A DNA stretch of 64,000 nt, taken from the NCBI GenBank assembly GCA_951406725.2, contig OX597831.1, forward strand, positions 72,788,001-72,852,000. Direction: 5' to 3'. A program made the position numbers and the translations under genes. The stretch is from Octopus vulgaris. Taxonomy: Eukaryota. How positions within the stretch are numbered: position 1 is the stretch's first letter; the number at the start of each line of letters is the position of its first letter. Below are positions 11,756 through 25,775 of this stretch, piece by piece. The notes below the pieces were generated by a model that saw nothing but the letters and a program-made list of their open reading frames with translations, did no database searches and had not been told where the DNA came from.

Positions 11756-12589
11756 GACAGGCTTCTTTCAATTTTCATCTACCAAATCCACTCACAAGGC
11801 TTTGGTCAGCCTGAGGCTAGAGTAGAAGACACTTTCCCAAGGTGCCATGCAGTGGGACTGAACCCAGAACCATGTGGTTGGTAAGCAAGTTACTTACCAT
11901 ACAGCCACAATTATTTTTATACAATTCCTAATAATCTTTAATTATTAAATTATAACAGGATCTTTTAAACATCGAATGTCTACGAGGGTCTCCGGCTGAG
12001 TAGAATAGAAACCAAAGGGGTCCATAAGGAGTAAATGGTTTTGAGAACCACTGGTTTAGGTGAACAAAACCTCAGTAGATATCTGGTACTTATTCTATCA
12101 ATCTGTTTTGCCAAACCACTAACCTGCAGGGAGGTAAACAAACAAACACTGGTTGTCAAGTGGTAGTGGGGAACAAACACAAAAACATGCGCATGACAGG
12201 CTTCCACACAGTTTCCATTTATCAAATTTGAGGGGTGCTGCGCAGTGGGATTGAACCCAAGACCACACCATTGCGGAGTAAGCTTCTTAACCACACAACC
12301 AATTTTAACATAAGTCAAGTAATTATAAAGGAGGGGGGTAAGTCAATCACAGTAACCCCAGTATGCAACTGGTACTTATTTAATTAACCCCAAAAAGATG
12401 AAAGGCAAAGTGGACCTTGGTGAAATTTGAACTCAGAATGCGAAGGGTCGAGTGAAATGCTGTAAAGCATTTTGTCCAACACACAGACAGACAATTCTAC
12501 CACCTCCCCACCGTGATAATAAATACAGAAAAATAGATAAATAAATAACAGTTAAATGTAATTAATAATTAAATTCATTTCAGAGAGAA

Positions 12590-13075
12590 AGAAAGAAAGA
12601 GTGAACGTGTAAGATGAGAGAGAGAGGGAAAGAACAAGTGAGAGTATGACAGAGAGAGAGAACGAGTAAGAGTATGAGAGAGGGAGGGAGAGAGGAAGAG
12701 AGAGAGAAAGAATGAGTAAGAGTATGAGAGAGAGAGGAAGAGAGAGAAAGAACGAGTGAGAGTATGAGAGAGGGAGAGGAAGAAAGAATGAGTGAGAGTA
12801 TGAGAGAGAGAGGGAGAGAGGAAGAGAGAGAGAAAGAACGAGTGAAAGTAAGAGAGAGAAAGAACGAGTGAAATTAAAGGAAGAAAGAGGAAGAGAGAGA
12901 GAGAGAACGATTGAGAGTATGAGAGAGAGGGGGGAAGAGAGAGAGAGGGGAAGAGAGAGAATGAGTGAGAGTATGAGAGAGAGAGGAAGAGAGAAAGAAC
13001 GAGTGAGAGTATGAGAGAGAGAGAGGAAGAAAGAACGAGTGAGAGTATGAGAGAGAGGGAGGGAGAGAGAGAGAA
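12590..13075. repeat. Purine-rich minisatellite, unit ~GAACGAGTGAGAGTATGAGAGAGAGAGGAAGAGAGAAA
   Basis: About 10 variable-length copies anchored on GAGTGAGAGTATGAGA. Confidence 0.9.
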
Positions 13076-13796
13076 CAGCAGGTAGGCTAAGGTAACGAGT
13101 TCCTATATTAAGAACTCCTGTTAGTGAAGAGGAAATAATATCGCAGTTAATTAAGGTGAGATTGTGTTACATCAGTTGAGGTAGAGAGATAGAAATCAAT
13201 GAGAAAAGTTTACGAAGACAGAGGAGAGAAGACATTGACACAAAGGAATGATGGGAAGGGGGGACGCGTTCCAATTTAGTGTCGTTATTTAATGACATAG
13301 TCACTGGTAACTTTTAACATGTGGGTCGGTCGTTTAGCCACAGATTGGCCTTGATCCAGGAGACCTACAATCAACGGCATTCCAACTTGCAACCATCTTA
13401 TTTTCCAGGTGTGCCTCAGGTATATCAGAGCAATTTAGTGGGGGGGGGGAGGTTGTCCACTGGCCCTTTTGGGGGAGGTCTTTTCGTTATTAATATTCGT
13501 TTACAATTTTGGCACAAGGGCAGCAATTTATTTCAGAGGAGAGGGTAAGTCAATTACATCGACACCCCCCCCCCCAGTGCATAACAGGTACTTATTTCAT
13601 CGACCCTAAAAAAATGTAGGCAAAAGTGGACCTCAGCAGAAACGGAACTCAGAACACTAAGATGGACAAAACACCGCTAACGATTCCACAGCTTTATGTA
13701 ATTAATATTATCAAGGCAAGTTGGCAGAATCATTAGCATGCCAGGCAAAATGTTTTGTGGCATTTCATTTATTTTTAAATTCCGAGTTCAAATTCT

Positions 13797-14180
13797 AGTG
13801 GCTGTGTGGTAACCAGCCACATGGTTCCGGGTTCAGTCCCACTGCGTGGCATCTTGGGCAAGTGTCTTCTGCTATAGCCCCGGGCTGACCAATGCCTTGT
13901 GAGTGGATTTGGTAGACGGAAACTGAAAGAAGCCTGTCGTATATATGTGTGTATATATATATATATATGTATGTGTGTGTTTCTGTGTTTGTCCCCCTAG
14001 CATTGCTTGATAACTGATGCTGGTGTGTTTACGTCCCTGTCACTTAGCGGTTCGGCAAAAGAGACCGATAGAATAAGTACTGGGCTTACAAAGAATAAGT
14101 CCCGGGGTCGATTTGCCCAACTAAAGGCGGTGCTCCAGCATGGCCGCAGTCAAATGACTGAAACAAGTAAAAGAGTAAAG
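13797..14180 (+). mobile_element. SINE family A copy inserted into a family B copy
   Basis: Family B head precedes (13715-13796) and the B body resumes at ~14185. Confidence 0.85.
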
Positions 14181-14524
14181 AGAGAGTCAATTTTGCCTTT
14201 CATCGTTTCAGTATCGATGAAATAAATACCAGTCATACAATGGGGTTGATGTAATTAAGATGGTGAGCTGGCAGAAGTATTTATTAGAGAACAGAAAAAA
14301 ATACTTTGCACCATTCATTCCAGCCCTTTACTTTCCGAGTTCAAATTCTGCTAAGGTGGATTTTGCCCTTCATCTTTTCAGGGTTGATAAAATAAGTATC
14401 AGTGATATACTGGGGTCGAGGTAAATGACAAAGCTCCTTGTGCCAAAATAAGAAAGCATTATCATAATTAATCTTCTTGCACTTTCTCAATTTTTTGTCA
14501 ACCCATGAATTTTTTAAAGAAACA

Positions 14525-14557
<33 letters not shown>

Positions 14558-15456
14558 ATTATTATCATTATTATTATTGTTATTATTATTGTCATTATTA
14601 TTATTATTGTTATTATTGTTGTTATTATTATTATTATTTAAGGTGGCAAGCTGGCAGAATTATTAGTGTGCTGGACAAAATGCTTGGTGGTATTTTGCCA
14701 ATCTCTACATTCTGAGTTCAAATTCCATTGAGGTCAACTTTGCTTTTCATCTTTTTGGGGTTAAATAAAATAAGGACCAGTTCATGTAATTGACCATCCT
14801 ACTCCCCACCCCCCAAATTTCAGGCCTTGTGCCAACTGTAGAAAAGACCAGTAGTAGTAGTAGTAGTATTTCTGGTTGGGTTTTTTTTTTCTTTTTCCAG
14901 TTAATTGAATATTTTTCGTCTATCCAGTTTTAATTTATTTATCAAAATAAATAAATAAATAAAATAATAAAAATTATTGAAGTGAAGCTGGTAATGTTTG
15001 AAGAATATTCTCTGGGAATCACACACACACACACTCACACACACACACACAAATATGTGCAGACATATACTGAAGCATACATACACCTAAGACATAAGCA
15101 GACATATATATACATGTACACACACAAACACACACACAAACACATGTAAACGCACAGACATACACAGTGTCTAATTCCATTAAATTTCTTAATGATTCTT
15201 AGTTTTCTCAGTCATAATTACAAATTATATAAAAGAAAAAAAAAAATCTTCTTTCCCACCCCTATCCTTATAATTATCATAATTAAACAGAAATTAATTA
15301 TGGTTCTCTCATTGTAACACTTTTAATTAACCTGCAAAAAAACCATTTCTCCAAGACCAATCTCATTTAGATTTGGTTTGTTTGTTTTTTTATTTGTCTT
15401 AATTTCTCCAAGGACAATAAATTGGGTACTGAAGAGTCATAAGATATAGATAGATA

Positions 15457-15798
15457 GGCGCAGGAGTGGCTGTGTGGTAAGTAGCTTGCTAACCAGCCAC
15501 ATGGTTCCGGGTTCAGTCCCACTACATGGCATCTTGGGCAAGTGTCTTCTGCTATAGTCCCAGGCCGACCAATGCCTTTTGAGTGGATTTGGTAGACGGA
15601 AACTGAAAGAAGCCTGTCGTATATATGTATATATATATGTATGTATGTATGTGTGTGTGTGTGTGTGTGTTTGTCACCCTAGCATTACTTGACAACCAAT
15701 GCTGGTGTGTTTACGTCCCCCGTCACTTAGCGGTTCGGCAAAAGAGACCAATAGAATAAGTACTGGGCTTACAAAGAATAAGTCCCGGGGTCGATTTG
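15457..15798 (+). mobile_element. SINE family A, 3'-truncated, joined to a partial MITE H (15800-15945)
   Basis: Consensus match up to GGGGTCGATTTG, then sequence matching 62230-62356. Confidence 0.85.
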
Positions 15799-16228
15799 TG
15801 AGAGGTCAGATTTTGATGATGTGACAGCATATTTGTAGAATAACATTGTAGGGTAGGTGTGAGAGGCTGGATCTGGTCACTTTGAACATAAAACAGGCAG
15901 AGTATTTGGGCTGGATATGACCAGTTTAAATGCTAAAGGTTTAAAAACAAGACCAGATTGGAAAATGTAGATCTAGATATAGTATGTCCAAAATAAAAGC
16001 CAGAATAGCCCTAGCTAGAGCACCTTTGATCATCTGAGCACACCTGGCAAAATACTAAGCAGCGTTTCATTTATCTTTTAAGTTCTGAGTTCAAATTCCA
16101 CCAAGGTCAACTTTGCCTTTCATCATTTAGGGGTCAACGATATAAGTACCAGTTGAATACTGGGGTCAATTATATCAACTGCACCCCACTCCCCAAACAT
16201 TTTAGGCCTTGTGCTTACAGTAGAAAAG

Positions 16229-16272
<44 letters not shown>

Positions 16273-18989
16273 GGCAGCAAACTGGCAGATTTGTTGGTGC
16301 GTTGGACGAAATGCTTAGCAGTATTTCGTCTGCCGTTATGTTCTGAGTTCAAATTCCACCGAGGTCGACTTTGCCTTTCATCCTTTCGGGGTCAATTAAA
16401 CAAGTACCAGTTATGCACTGGGGTTTAATGTAATCAACTTAATCCCTTTGTCTGTCCTTATTTGTCCCCTCTATGCTTAGAACCCTGTGGGCAATGAAGA
16501 AATAAATAATAGAAGACACTTGTCCAAAGTAGAATGCAGAGGGATTGAACCTGGGATGGCCATGGTTGGGATACCTCTAATCATGTGCTGGCTCATGTAA
16601 AAGCTGAGCTGGGGGCTAAACAATAATGATATGTATAAAGAGAGAGCCTCTGTGATGTCACTCAGATTGCAAGAAATAGCAGCCAAATTACTCTTAATTC
16701 ACATCCAAACATCTTAAGAAAAGGAAGGATGACTTAGAAGCAAACTTATCACACATCCAAGCCTGCTCCTATAACATTGTTTCACTCCATCTGCTCCAGT
16801 AAGGCTTGAAGGCCACTCATTCATATTTTCCTTTCACTTATCATCGGTGTGTGGTGGTGGTGGTGGTGGTGGCTGTACATGTCAGCATTATTATGATACA
16901 AATGACAGACAGCAAGATATAAAACCATTAAACAAAAACCAAGAGACAATAAAAAGAAAATAACAAAAAACATAATAGTATACAATAAACGATAAAATTT
17001 CACCTTTGATGCAGAGAGAGAGAGTGGGGGGGGGGGCAGACAGACAGACAGACAGACTTCCATTTAAGAAAAAAAAATGTCTGACAATTTCTGACTAGAG
17101 AAAACTTTTCTTTTTATTTCAAAAATGATGAAAAAAAAATAAAATAAAAGTAATCCAATATATTTTTTATTTTACAAAACCATCAGATACAATCAGTCAC
17201 TTCAACTGCATATTATTCTGATGTCTCCTCTTCATTTATATGTTAAAATAAATTTTTTTTTCCCCTTCATTTTGGACTTCCACCATCACCAACATCTTGA
17301 CATGATTCTACTCTTTTCTTTTTCACATTTTTCCTTCGGTTCCTGTATTATCAGTGAAGCAAGATGGAACACAAAAGCTTCAGACATTCACAGGGAAATC
17401 TAATGCAGTAATATGATTTCACTTGATTGTTACTCTTCTGAGAGAGAAGAAGAACAACTTTGTCTCAACAAAGCAGTAAAATAGTTACAAGAACACTTTT
17501 CGCCAATTTAGAAGAAAATAAAAGCGTTCATTTACTCCAATTTCATTGGAATAGTTTTGTTTTCTGGTTTTTGGTTTCTTTCAAACAATTTTTTCTCCCT
17601 AATTAAAGGAGGGGTGGAATCCCCCACCCCCTCCATTTTCTTCTTTTTTTTTTTTCTTCATGAGTAATCCCCTTCATCGTGGAGCATTGATAGGAACTAA
17701 GCAAGCTAAAAACTGTTCCAACAATTCAAAGATATTAGCAGAAAATATTTTTTCCCCTTCACATCCACAGACAAAAAGAAAATCATTTTACACAAAAATG
17801 GAAAAAGGGAAAAAAATAAAGAGGAAATAGTCTTATTTTGTATAATTTTTTTCTAGTTTTTTTTTGTTTTTTCCTTGTTTTGTTTATTTTAGGGTGAATT
17901 TTTGCATTGTGTTAACCAATTCATCAAGCTGCTGTTCATCTAAAAGATGATAGAATTTCATCCCAAATTTTCCATTCCATTTGGCTGAAAACTATTCTTC
18001 ATTAAACAACACACAATTGTACACAGTTTCCAAAACTATTTTTCAATTTGTCTACAACACAAATAACAGTGTTTAATACACTTACCAATTCCTACAATTA
18101 TAGGAAATATTTCAGAACATTGGAATTAGGTCAACAATTTTAGCTCCTGCTTCGTGTCTGAATAAATGTGTGTAGATATGTAATTATGTGTGTGTGTATA
18201 TACATATAAGTGTTTGTGTCTAACATGTGTGTATGTGAAGAGTTTTATATGAGAGAGAAAGAAAGAGACTGAATTCATAAAAGTGTTTTTTTTAGCAATA
18301 ACATAAAATGTTTCCCAAACATATTTTTGGAATTGCTGTGGAGACGGTGGGTGGGGGACCAAAAAACTGATCAGAAAGTTAATAAGGGGGCTGGGTTACT
18401 GGACCAAGAGATGACTTGAAGTGTGTATATATGTATATTTAGATACATACATATATATATGTACATAATATATACATCAATGTAGGTATGTTTATATATT
18501 TATTATTATGACAATAGTATTGATGGCAACAGGCTTCCAGCAAGACAATCACAGGTTTACTACATATCTGATGATCGGAGTGATAAAGGGAGTGTTTGTA
18601 ACTTGAGGCAGAACAAATATCACAATGGATTCCATTCATAATGATTTTTTTTCCTTACTACTGCTTAATATTCTTCACCAATATACATTTGATTGGTTGA
18701 CAGACAGACAAACAGACAAAGAGACAGACAGACAGATGGGCAGGCATACATATATACATACATATACATACATAAGAGGTTTGCACACAGCCATCTATAC
18801 AATCTCATTCACCAAGTATTAGTCAATCCAAGACAATAGCAGAAAACATTGACATCAAGGTGCTACTGTGCTGCAGGATCAAACCCCAGGCATGCGGTTG
18901 CAAACCATTTTTGTGATGATAATTAAACAGGATTAAATGAGGTAAATCAATTATTTATAATATTTTTGTAATATTTAGTTGCATGCTCA

Positions 18990-19225
18990 TCACCAGAAAT
19001 GGTCAACACTACATATGGCCATCATTAGAGGTAGCCATTGCCAGACATGGCCTTGCCAGATGTGGCCGTCACCAGATGTGGCCATCACCAGATGTGGCCA
19101 TCGCCAAGTGTGGATGTCATCACAAATAGCTATCACCAGTCTTAGCCCTCACTTGATGGCCATCACCAAGCATGACTGTCACCAGAGATGACTGTCACTA
19201 GACGTGGTCATCCCCAGGTGTAAAC
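18990..19225. repeat. Degenerate 16-bp tandem repeat AGATGTGGCCATCACC
   Basis: Three near-perfect central units (~19058-19105) with decaying flanking units. Confidence 0.85.
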
Positions 19226-19430
19226 ATCGTCTCATCTCTACCATGTAGGTTTGAACCAGAAATGTCAAGTTAGCAGTCATCATCATTACATTAACCATAA
19301 AATTGGTAGGGAATCTGGGCTAAAAAGGGGGTTAGTTGAAATGTTAAAGGATTAAAAGATTAAAGCAGAGCAACATTCAGTGATTTTGTTTCTGTAGGCT
19401 AAAGGTGTACGAGGGTGGGGAGAATGGACA

Positions 19431-19862
19431 TAAGTTAAGTTAAGTTAATTTTCTTGGCTCAAAAAGCAAAAAGCAAGGCCATGTAGGGGGACATGGAGTT
19501 ATGTACAGGGTGGTGTTCATGCAAAGAGTTCAGGCCATTTCTGGTCAAGAGAGACTTTGAACCGAGTGGTCATCGGCATCTTCACTATCTCGTCTGGCAG
19601 CTTATTCCACGGATCCACAACCCGGATGGAGAAAGCCCCTCTCCTTCGATTGAGATGAAATCGTCGCAGATAGGGCTTTTTGGAGTGACCCCGCAGCCGA
19701 CGCTCTGGAGCAGGAGTGAAGAACAGCTCTTTCGAGAGGTTACACTTTCCGCTTATGATGTTGTGAGCAAGAATGAGATCACCACGGCATCGTCGTTTTT
19801 CTAGAGAATAAAGGTCGAGCGTCTTCAGCCTTTCTTCATAAGACAAATGCTTGAGACCAAAA
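19431..19862 (-). mobile_element. CR1-clade LINE 3' end with (TAACT)n tail
   Basis: LSYEERLKTLDLYSLEKRRCRGDLI..RLRGH..FS.RVVDPWNKLP, then 3' UTR and a tandem tail at 19431-19448. Confidence 0.9.
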
Positions 19863-19883
19863 ACAATGTTAATAATAATAATA

Positions 19884-20158
19884 ATTGAGAAATATCGGGA
19901 TGTCGCCAGAGAGCTGAGAAGACTGAGGAAGACAAAGTGCAACAATTATTCTGGTAGTAATTGGTGCACTTGGCACAACACCCGAAATGCTGCCTAAAAG
20001 ACTGAAAGCAAATGGAATTGTGACTCAGATTGTCGACCTGCAGAAAGTACCATCCTACATTCTTCAAGAATTCTGAGAAAGATTCTTGAGATCTGAGGAG
20101 ACTTGTCGTCGTCAAACCTCAAGATAAAATACCTGCTAATTAGCACACATTATTGAAA

Positions 20159-20160
<2 letters not shown>
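19884..20160 (+). mobile_element. R4/Dong-like non-LTR retrotransposon 3' end (restriction-like endonuclease C-terminus)
   Basis: With two frameshifts: EKYRDVARELRRL / IILVVIGALGTTP..DLQK / ILHSSRILRKILEI*; flanked by (TAA)n on both sides. Confidence 0.75.
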
Positions 20161-20189
<29 letters not shown>

Positions 20190-20402
20190 CCTTTCTACTA
20201 TAGGCAAACAGCCTGGAATTTTAGGAGAAGGGGCTAGATGATTACATTGACTCGGTGCCCAAATGGTACTTATTTCATTGACCTCAAAAGGGTAAAATGG
20301 CAAAATTAACCTCAGCAGAACTGGAACTTAGAATGTGAAGACAGTAAAAGTGCTGCAAAGTATTTTGTCTGGTATGCTAATGATTCTGCCAGCTCTCCAC
20401 TT

Positions 20403-20436
<34 letters not shown>

Positions 20437-21487
20437 GGTAGTGCTGATGATGATGGTTTATGTATATATGTGTGCATACTTAATCACATACACTGGTAGA
20501 CACACAGACAGACACTTTACACGACACCCCCTCCTCCACCTCTATCTATGTAAAAGTGGAACATATTCCGTAGTTGCTGATGGTTAAAAACAGCTTCCAT
20601 CGTTTCCATTGATACCATTTCGATCACATATTGTTAAGATGACGTCTCGTATTAGAGAAGTCTTTAAGAAATGCAAGTTCATGAACTTTACCGTTCTTTT
20701 CAGACTTGCTGCTTTCTCTCTGAGATGAAAGTTGAGAAGCAATGAAGAAAAATGATTCATGGAACATGTGTGTGTGTGTGTGTGTGTGAGCATGTGTGCA
20801 TGCATTAGTGCATTATGCTTACTCATACACACACACACACACACATCAAATGGTACAATTTTTTAAAGTTTTGCACCATCATCATTGGTGGCAGCAATGT
20901 CATCATCATCATCATCATCATGTTTAACTGGGGTATTTTTTTTTCCATGCTGGAGGAGGCTGGACAAGTCTCATCAACGTCTCACCACTCATCATCTAAC
21001 AAAGACAGCAATGGGGTGGGGGAACAAAAGAAACAAAAAAAAACAAAAAAAACAACTACAAAAAAAAACCCACCTTTCACAAAGCATGTTATGCTTTCAG
21101 TCAAGGTTATATACTTCAATGCCATTCATTCAGAAAGGAGTTCAAATTGATATTATCCTGTGACCGATCGGTACTCGACTGAATGGGATTCCTGCAATTG
21201 TAATAAAGGAACAACCCTATTCTGTTTCAGAGTTGTTGCTCTTTTAGGTCTCGATTGCCTGAACTGGAGATTGGGGTATCTGTGCCTCCCCTATTTCTGC
21301 CTTGCTTATTAGAGGGAGAGAGTTATGCTTTCTGTTGCTGGATGTCCTTCCTGCCGCCATATTGAAGAGGATTGGTTTCATTTCTTGCGCCATTTGCACT
21401 GAAAAGGTCATCCCCGACAATACTAACAAATCCTCTCTATAATACTACATCACATCTGTTAATTCCTTCATCATCATCATCGTTTAA

Positions 21488-21696
21488 ACCTTTCGTTACT
21501 GAATTTATTTTGAGGTGCTCAGTATTTCTTTCAATTAATTTTAAATATAACAAAGAATTTAGTTAAATAACTTAGTTATCATTCAGCTAGTGTTAGGAAT
21601 ATAAATTGCAACTAAGGTTTAATGGAAAATTTTAATTCAAAATTTATGAAAACAAGAGAGCCAGAGGTGGTTTCAGCCAGGTTGGTATCAAAAGGG
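21488..21696. mobile_element. TTAA-flanked MITE family G (piggyBac-like termini)
   Basis: TTAA-(A)CCTTTCGTTAC...GTATCAAAAGGG-TTAA; copies at 35644-35863, 56290-56503, 56528-56733. Confidence 0.8.
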
Positions 21697-22529
21697 TTAA
21701 TGTCTCCCTTCCATGCTGGCATGGGTTGGACAGTTTGACAGGAGCTGGCAAAGCAGGAGCCAGCGCCATGCTTCTGAGTGTGTTTTGGCAGGGTTTTTAC
21801 AGCTGGATGCCCTTCCTAACACCAACCACCCTACAGACTGGGCTGAGTGCTTTTTATGTGGCACCAACACAGGTGAGGTCAGTTTTGGCATGGCTTTTTT
21901 TTTCAGCTCTCTGTATATATGTTGCTCTGATTAGCCCATCTGGCACAGGGCCCACAGCCACTTTTTATTTGTCTGGACTTAGTCTTGTTCCATTTGACAT
22001 TGGATTTTAAACATCTGGCCTGGTCTGAGCATGAAATGTTAAATGCCATTTATTGACATCTTATCTATTTAATATATAAAAAGAGAGAGAGAGAAGTGGG
22101 TATCAGATTCATAAAAATACATGTGAGTGAAGGTCAAATGTATTATATACACTTGAATAAGTGTGTATAATACTTAATGTACATAGAAGGCGACTTACTG
22201 ACTGACAGAAGCCTTAACATGCTGGGCAAAACAGTTAGTGGCATTTTGTCCATTTTTACATTCTGAGTTCAAATTCTGCTCAGGTCGACTTTGCCTTTTG
22301 TCCTTATAAGCTCAATAAAATAAGTACCAGTTTATCTCTGGAGCAGATGTAATCAACTAAAACCTTCATCCGCCCCCACCCTACCGAAATTGCTGGCCTT
22401 GTACATACATAATGTACATGCATACATTATATATATATATATACACACACATTTTATTTATATATACATTTTATATATATATGTATATATATTCACACTC
22501 ACACATATATTCACACACGTGTTTGTGTG

Positions 22530-22912
<383 letters not shown>

Positions 22913-22913
22913 C

Positions 22914-22945
<32 letters not shown>

Positions 22946-23030
22946 ATACACACACATATATATATATATACATTATATATATATATATATATATACATTA
23001 TATATATATATATGTATATATATACACATA

Positions 23031-23250
23031 GGCGGCGAGCTGGCAGAAACGTTAGTACGCCGGGCGAAATGCGTAACCGTATTTCGTTACGTTCTGAGTT
23101 CAAATTCCGCCAAGGTCGACTTTGCCTTTCATCCTTTCGGGGTCGATAAATTAAGTACCAGTTACGCACTGGGGTCAATATAATCGACTTAATCCATTTG
23201 TCTGTCCTTGTTTGTCCTCTCTGTGTTTAGCCCCTTGTGGGTAGTAAAAA
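23031..23250 (+). mobile_element. SINE family B, young copy
   Basis: Near-identical to 4532-4760 with CpGs retained. Confidence 0.9.
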
Positions 23251-23507
23251 AAAATATATATATATAAACACACACACACATATTGGAAACACATTTTAGT
23301 TTGGTAAATTATGGCAACATATGGAATGTCTGTTATAATCTAAGGAGGAATGCAATAACAAACAACACTGGTCGCTGTTCAACCCCAGGCCAACCGAGAT
23401 TGAGAAAACCTATGATCAAAGACAATGCAGCCATGACCATCTCACTCTATTTTGACACTATCTGGGACTTACATTATCAAATGTGTTCTTCGTTTAAACC
23501 AACAGAC

Positions 23508-23838
23508 CAGTGGTTCTTAACCTGGGTCCTTATGGCCCTTGGTGGGATCCATATAAGATTTTGCTGTTAAGATTTATGTGCAATAAAACACTACAATACA
23601 GCAAATATTTTAAATTTTTTCATATAATTCCAAATGATTTTTAATTATAAAAATATGAGATTTTTTAGACATACATATACACGTGGCTGTGTGGTAAGTA
23701 GCTTGTTTACGAACCACATGGTTCCAGGTTCAGTCTCACTGCGTGGCACCGTGGGCAAGTGTCTTCTACTATAGCCTCGGGCCGACCAAAGCTTTGTGAG
23801 TGGATTTGGTAGACGGAAACTGAAAGAAGCCTGTCGTA

Positions 23839-23882
<44 letters not shown>

Positions 23883-24165
23883 CATGTGTGTGTTTGTGTG
23901 TCTGTGTTTGTCCCCCTGGCATTGCTTGACAACCGATGCTAGTGTGTTTATGTCCCCGTTCGGCAAAAGAGACCGATAGAATAAGTACTGGGCTTACAAA
24001 AGAATAAGTCCTGGGGTCGAATTGCTCGATTAAAGGCGGTGCTCCAGCATGGCTGCAGTCAAATGACTGAAACAAGTAAAAGAGTAATACAATGGCTATG
24101 AGGGTCCTTATGAGTAAAATGGAAATCAAAAGGGTACATAGGCAAAGAATGGTTGAGAACCACTG
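23508..24165. mobile_element. hAT-like MITE interrupted by SINE family A (23683-24085)
   Basis: TIRs CAGTGGTTCTTAACC / GGTTGAGAACCACTG; TSD not conserved. Confidence 0.7.
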
Positions 24166-24652
24166 ATTTAGAGACTGATTTAAGAGAGATTTGGCTGATA
24201 TTTCTAGCATACTGAGTGACCACATAGAAACTAACCTCATTGACTCACCGAATATGCTGAGTAACCAAGGAGAATGGTCGATGTGCAATGATGAGGAACG
24301 GAATTAATCATATTCAAAATAAAGCTGGAGAATATTACAGAAATGGTAAAAAGAAACCATTAGCGGAAGCAGGAGAATAAAAGACAGGTATATAAATTGA
24401 ATTTGTTTGGTTCGTTTTAAGAAAATAATGTGAATGTAATCGATTTGGACTGCTGGGTGACGGCTAGCTGTCTAATGGGGGGGGGGGGGTAAATATAGAC
24501 AATTCTGTAGAATGTATCAATATATCTGGTTATTAATGAAAGTGAGTCTGTGGAGAAAACAGAGAATAAACCAAAAATATGTGTTTGAAGGAATCGCAGA
24601 ATTCAACAAGGTGTGGTAAATTAGATTAGGTGCTATCTTCAAAACATACATA

Positions 24653-25050
24653 GGCGTAGGAGTGGCTGTGTGGTAAGTAGCTTGCTAACCAACCACATGG
24701 TTCCGGGTTCAGTCCCACTGCATGGCATCTTGGGCAAGTGTCTTCTGCTATAGCCCCAGGCCGGCCAATGCCTTGTGAGTGGATTTGGTAGACGTAAACT
24801 GAAAGAAGCCTGTCGTATATATGTATATACGTGTGTGTATGTGTTTGTGTGTCTGTGTTTGTCCCCCTAGCATTGCTTGACAATTGATGCTGGTGTGTTT
24901 ATGTCCCCGTTACTTAGCGGTTCGGCAAAAGAGACCAATAGAATAAGTACTGGGCTTACAAAGAATAAGTCCCGGGGTCGATTTGCTCGACTAAAGGCGG
25001 TGCTCCAGCATGGCCGCAGTCAAATGACTGAAACAAGTAAAAGAGTAAAG
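24653..25050 (+). mobile_element. SINE family A, full length
   Basis: Consensus match. Confidence 0.92.
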
Positions 25051-25494
25051 AGTATACATATGTACATACATATATGCATGCATCTTCATACATACACACA
25101 ATCGTACATCTATATACATACACGTGTGTAAGTGGGGAGGGGTGCAGTAAGTTATTTAACAAAATTTGCTATGGAAAAAACAAAACAAAAAATATATATA
25201 TATATATATATACAGCAACAACAACAATAATAATAGTTTCCAATTTTGGCACTGGGCGCCATATCTCAGAGGGGAAGGGTAGGGAATAATCAATTACATC
25301 AACCCCAGTGTCAAACTGGTACTTATTTTATTGACCCCCCTCAAAAGGATAAAAGGCAAAGTCGACCTCAGCAGCATTGAAACCCAGAACATAAAGACAA
25401 ATAAAATGCCAATAAGTCCAGTGTGCCAACGATTCTGCCAGCTCACAGCCTTCATCAATAATAATAATAATAATAATAATAATGATAATAATAA

Positions 25495-25775
25495 TAAATG
25501 CCCTGATGCAGTACCAGGCAGTGGCTCTCATGGCTTCTGATCTTAACTGATTGGAAGTGTTATCATGTACATTGTTTTGTCTTGGTATAAAAGATGGGCT
25601 ACAGCAAATATTCTGCTCAATACCACAGATTTGCTTGTCAGTTGTTTGACCATAACCAGTTGAGCATGTCCCTTCGTGGCTGACAATATGCGCATCTCTG
25701 ATCACGAGCAGAAGTAGTGGGGGAGCATCATAGCCATGTGTTGAGAGGGATTCTTTGGGGTTTGAATAATTCACC
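25495..25775 (-). mobile_element. Interspersed repeat J adjoining (TAA)n, probably a retroelement 3' end
   Basis: Second diverged copy at 31750-31918, also next to (TAA)n. Confidence 0.6.

Noticed and set aside
11286-11884. Long YI/CV/HT-rich ORFs here and at 2062-2591, 22390-23183, 44563-44894, 61176-61496
   Set aside because: Translations of dinucleotide and tetranucleotide microsatellites
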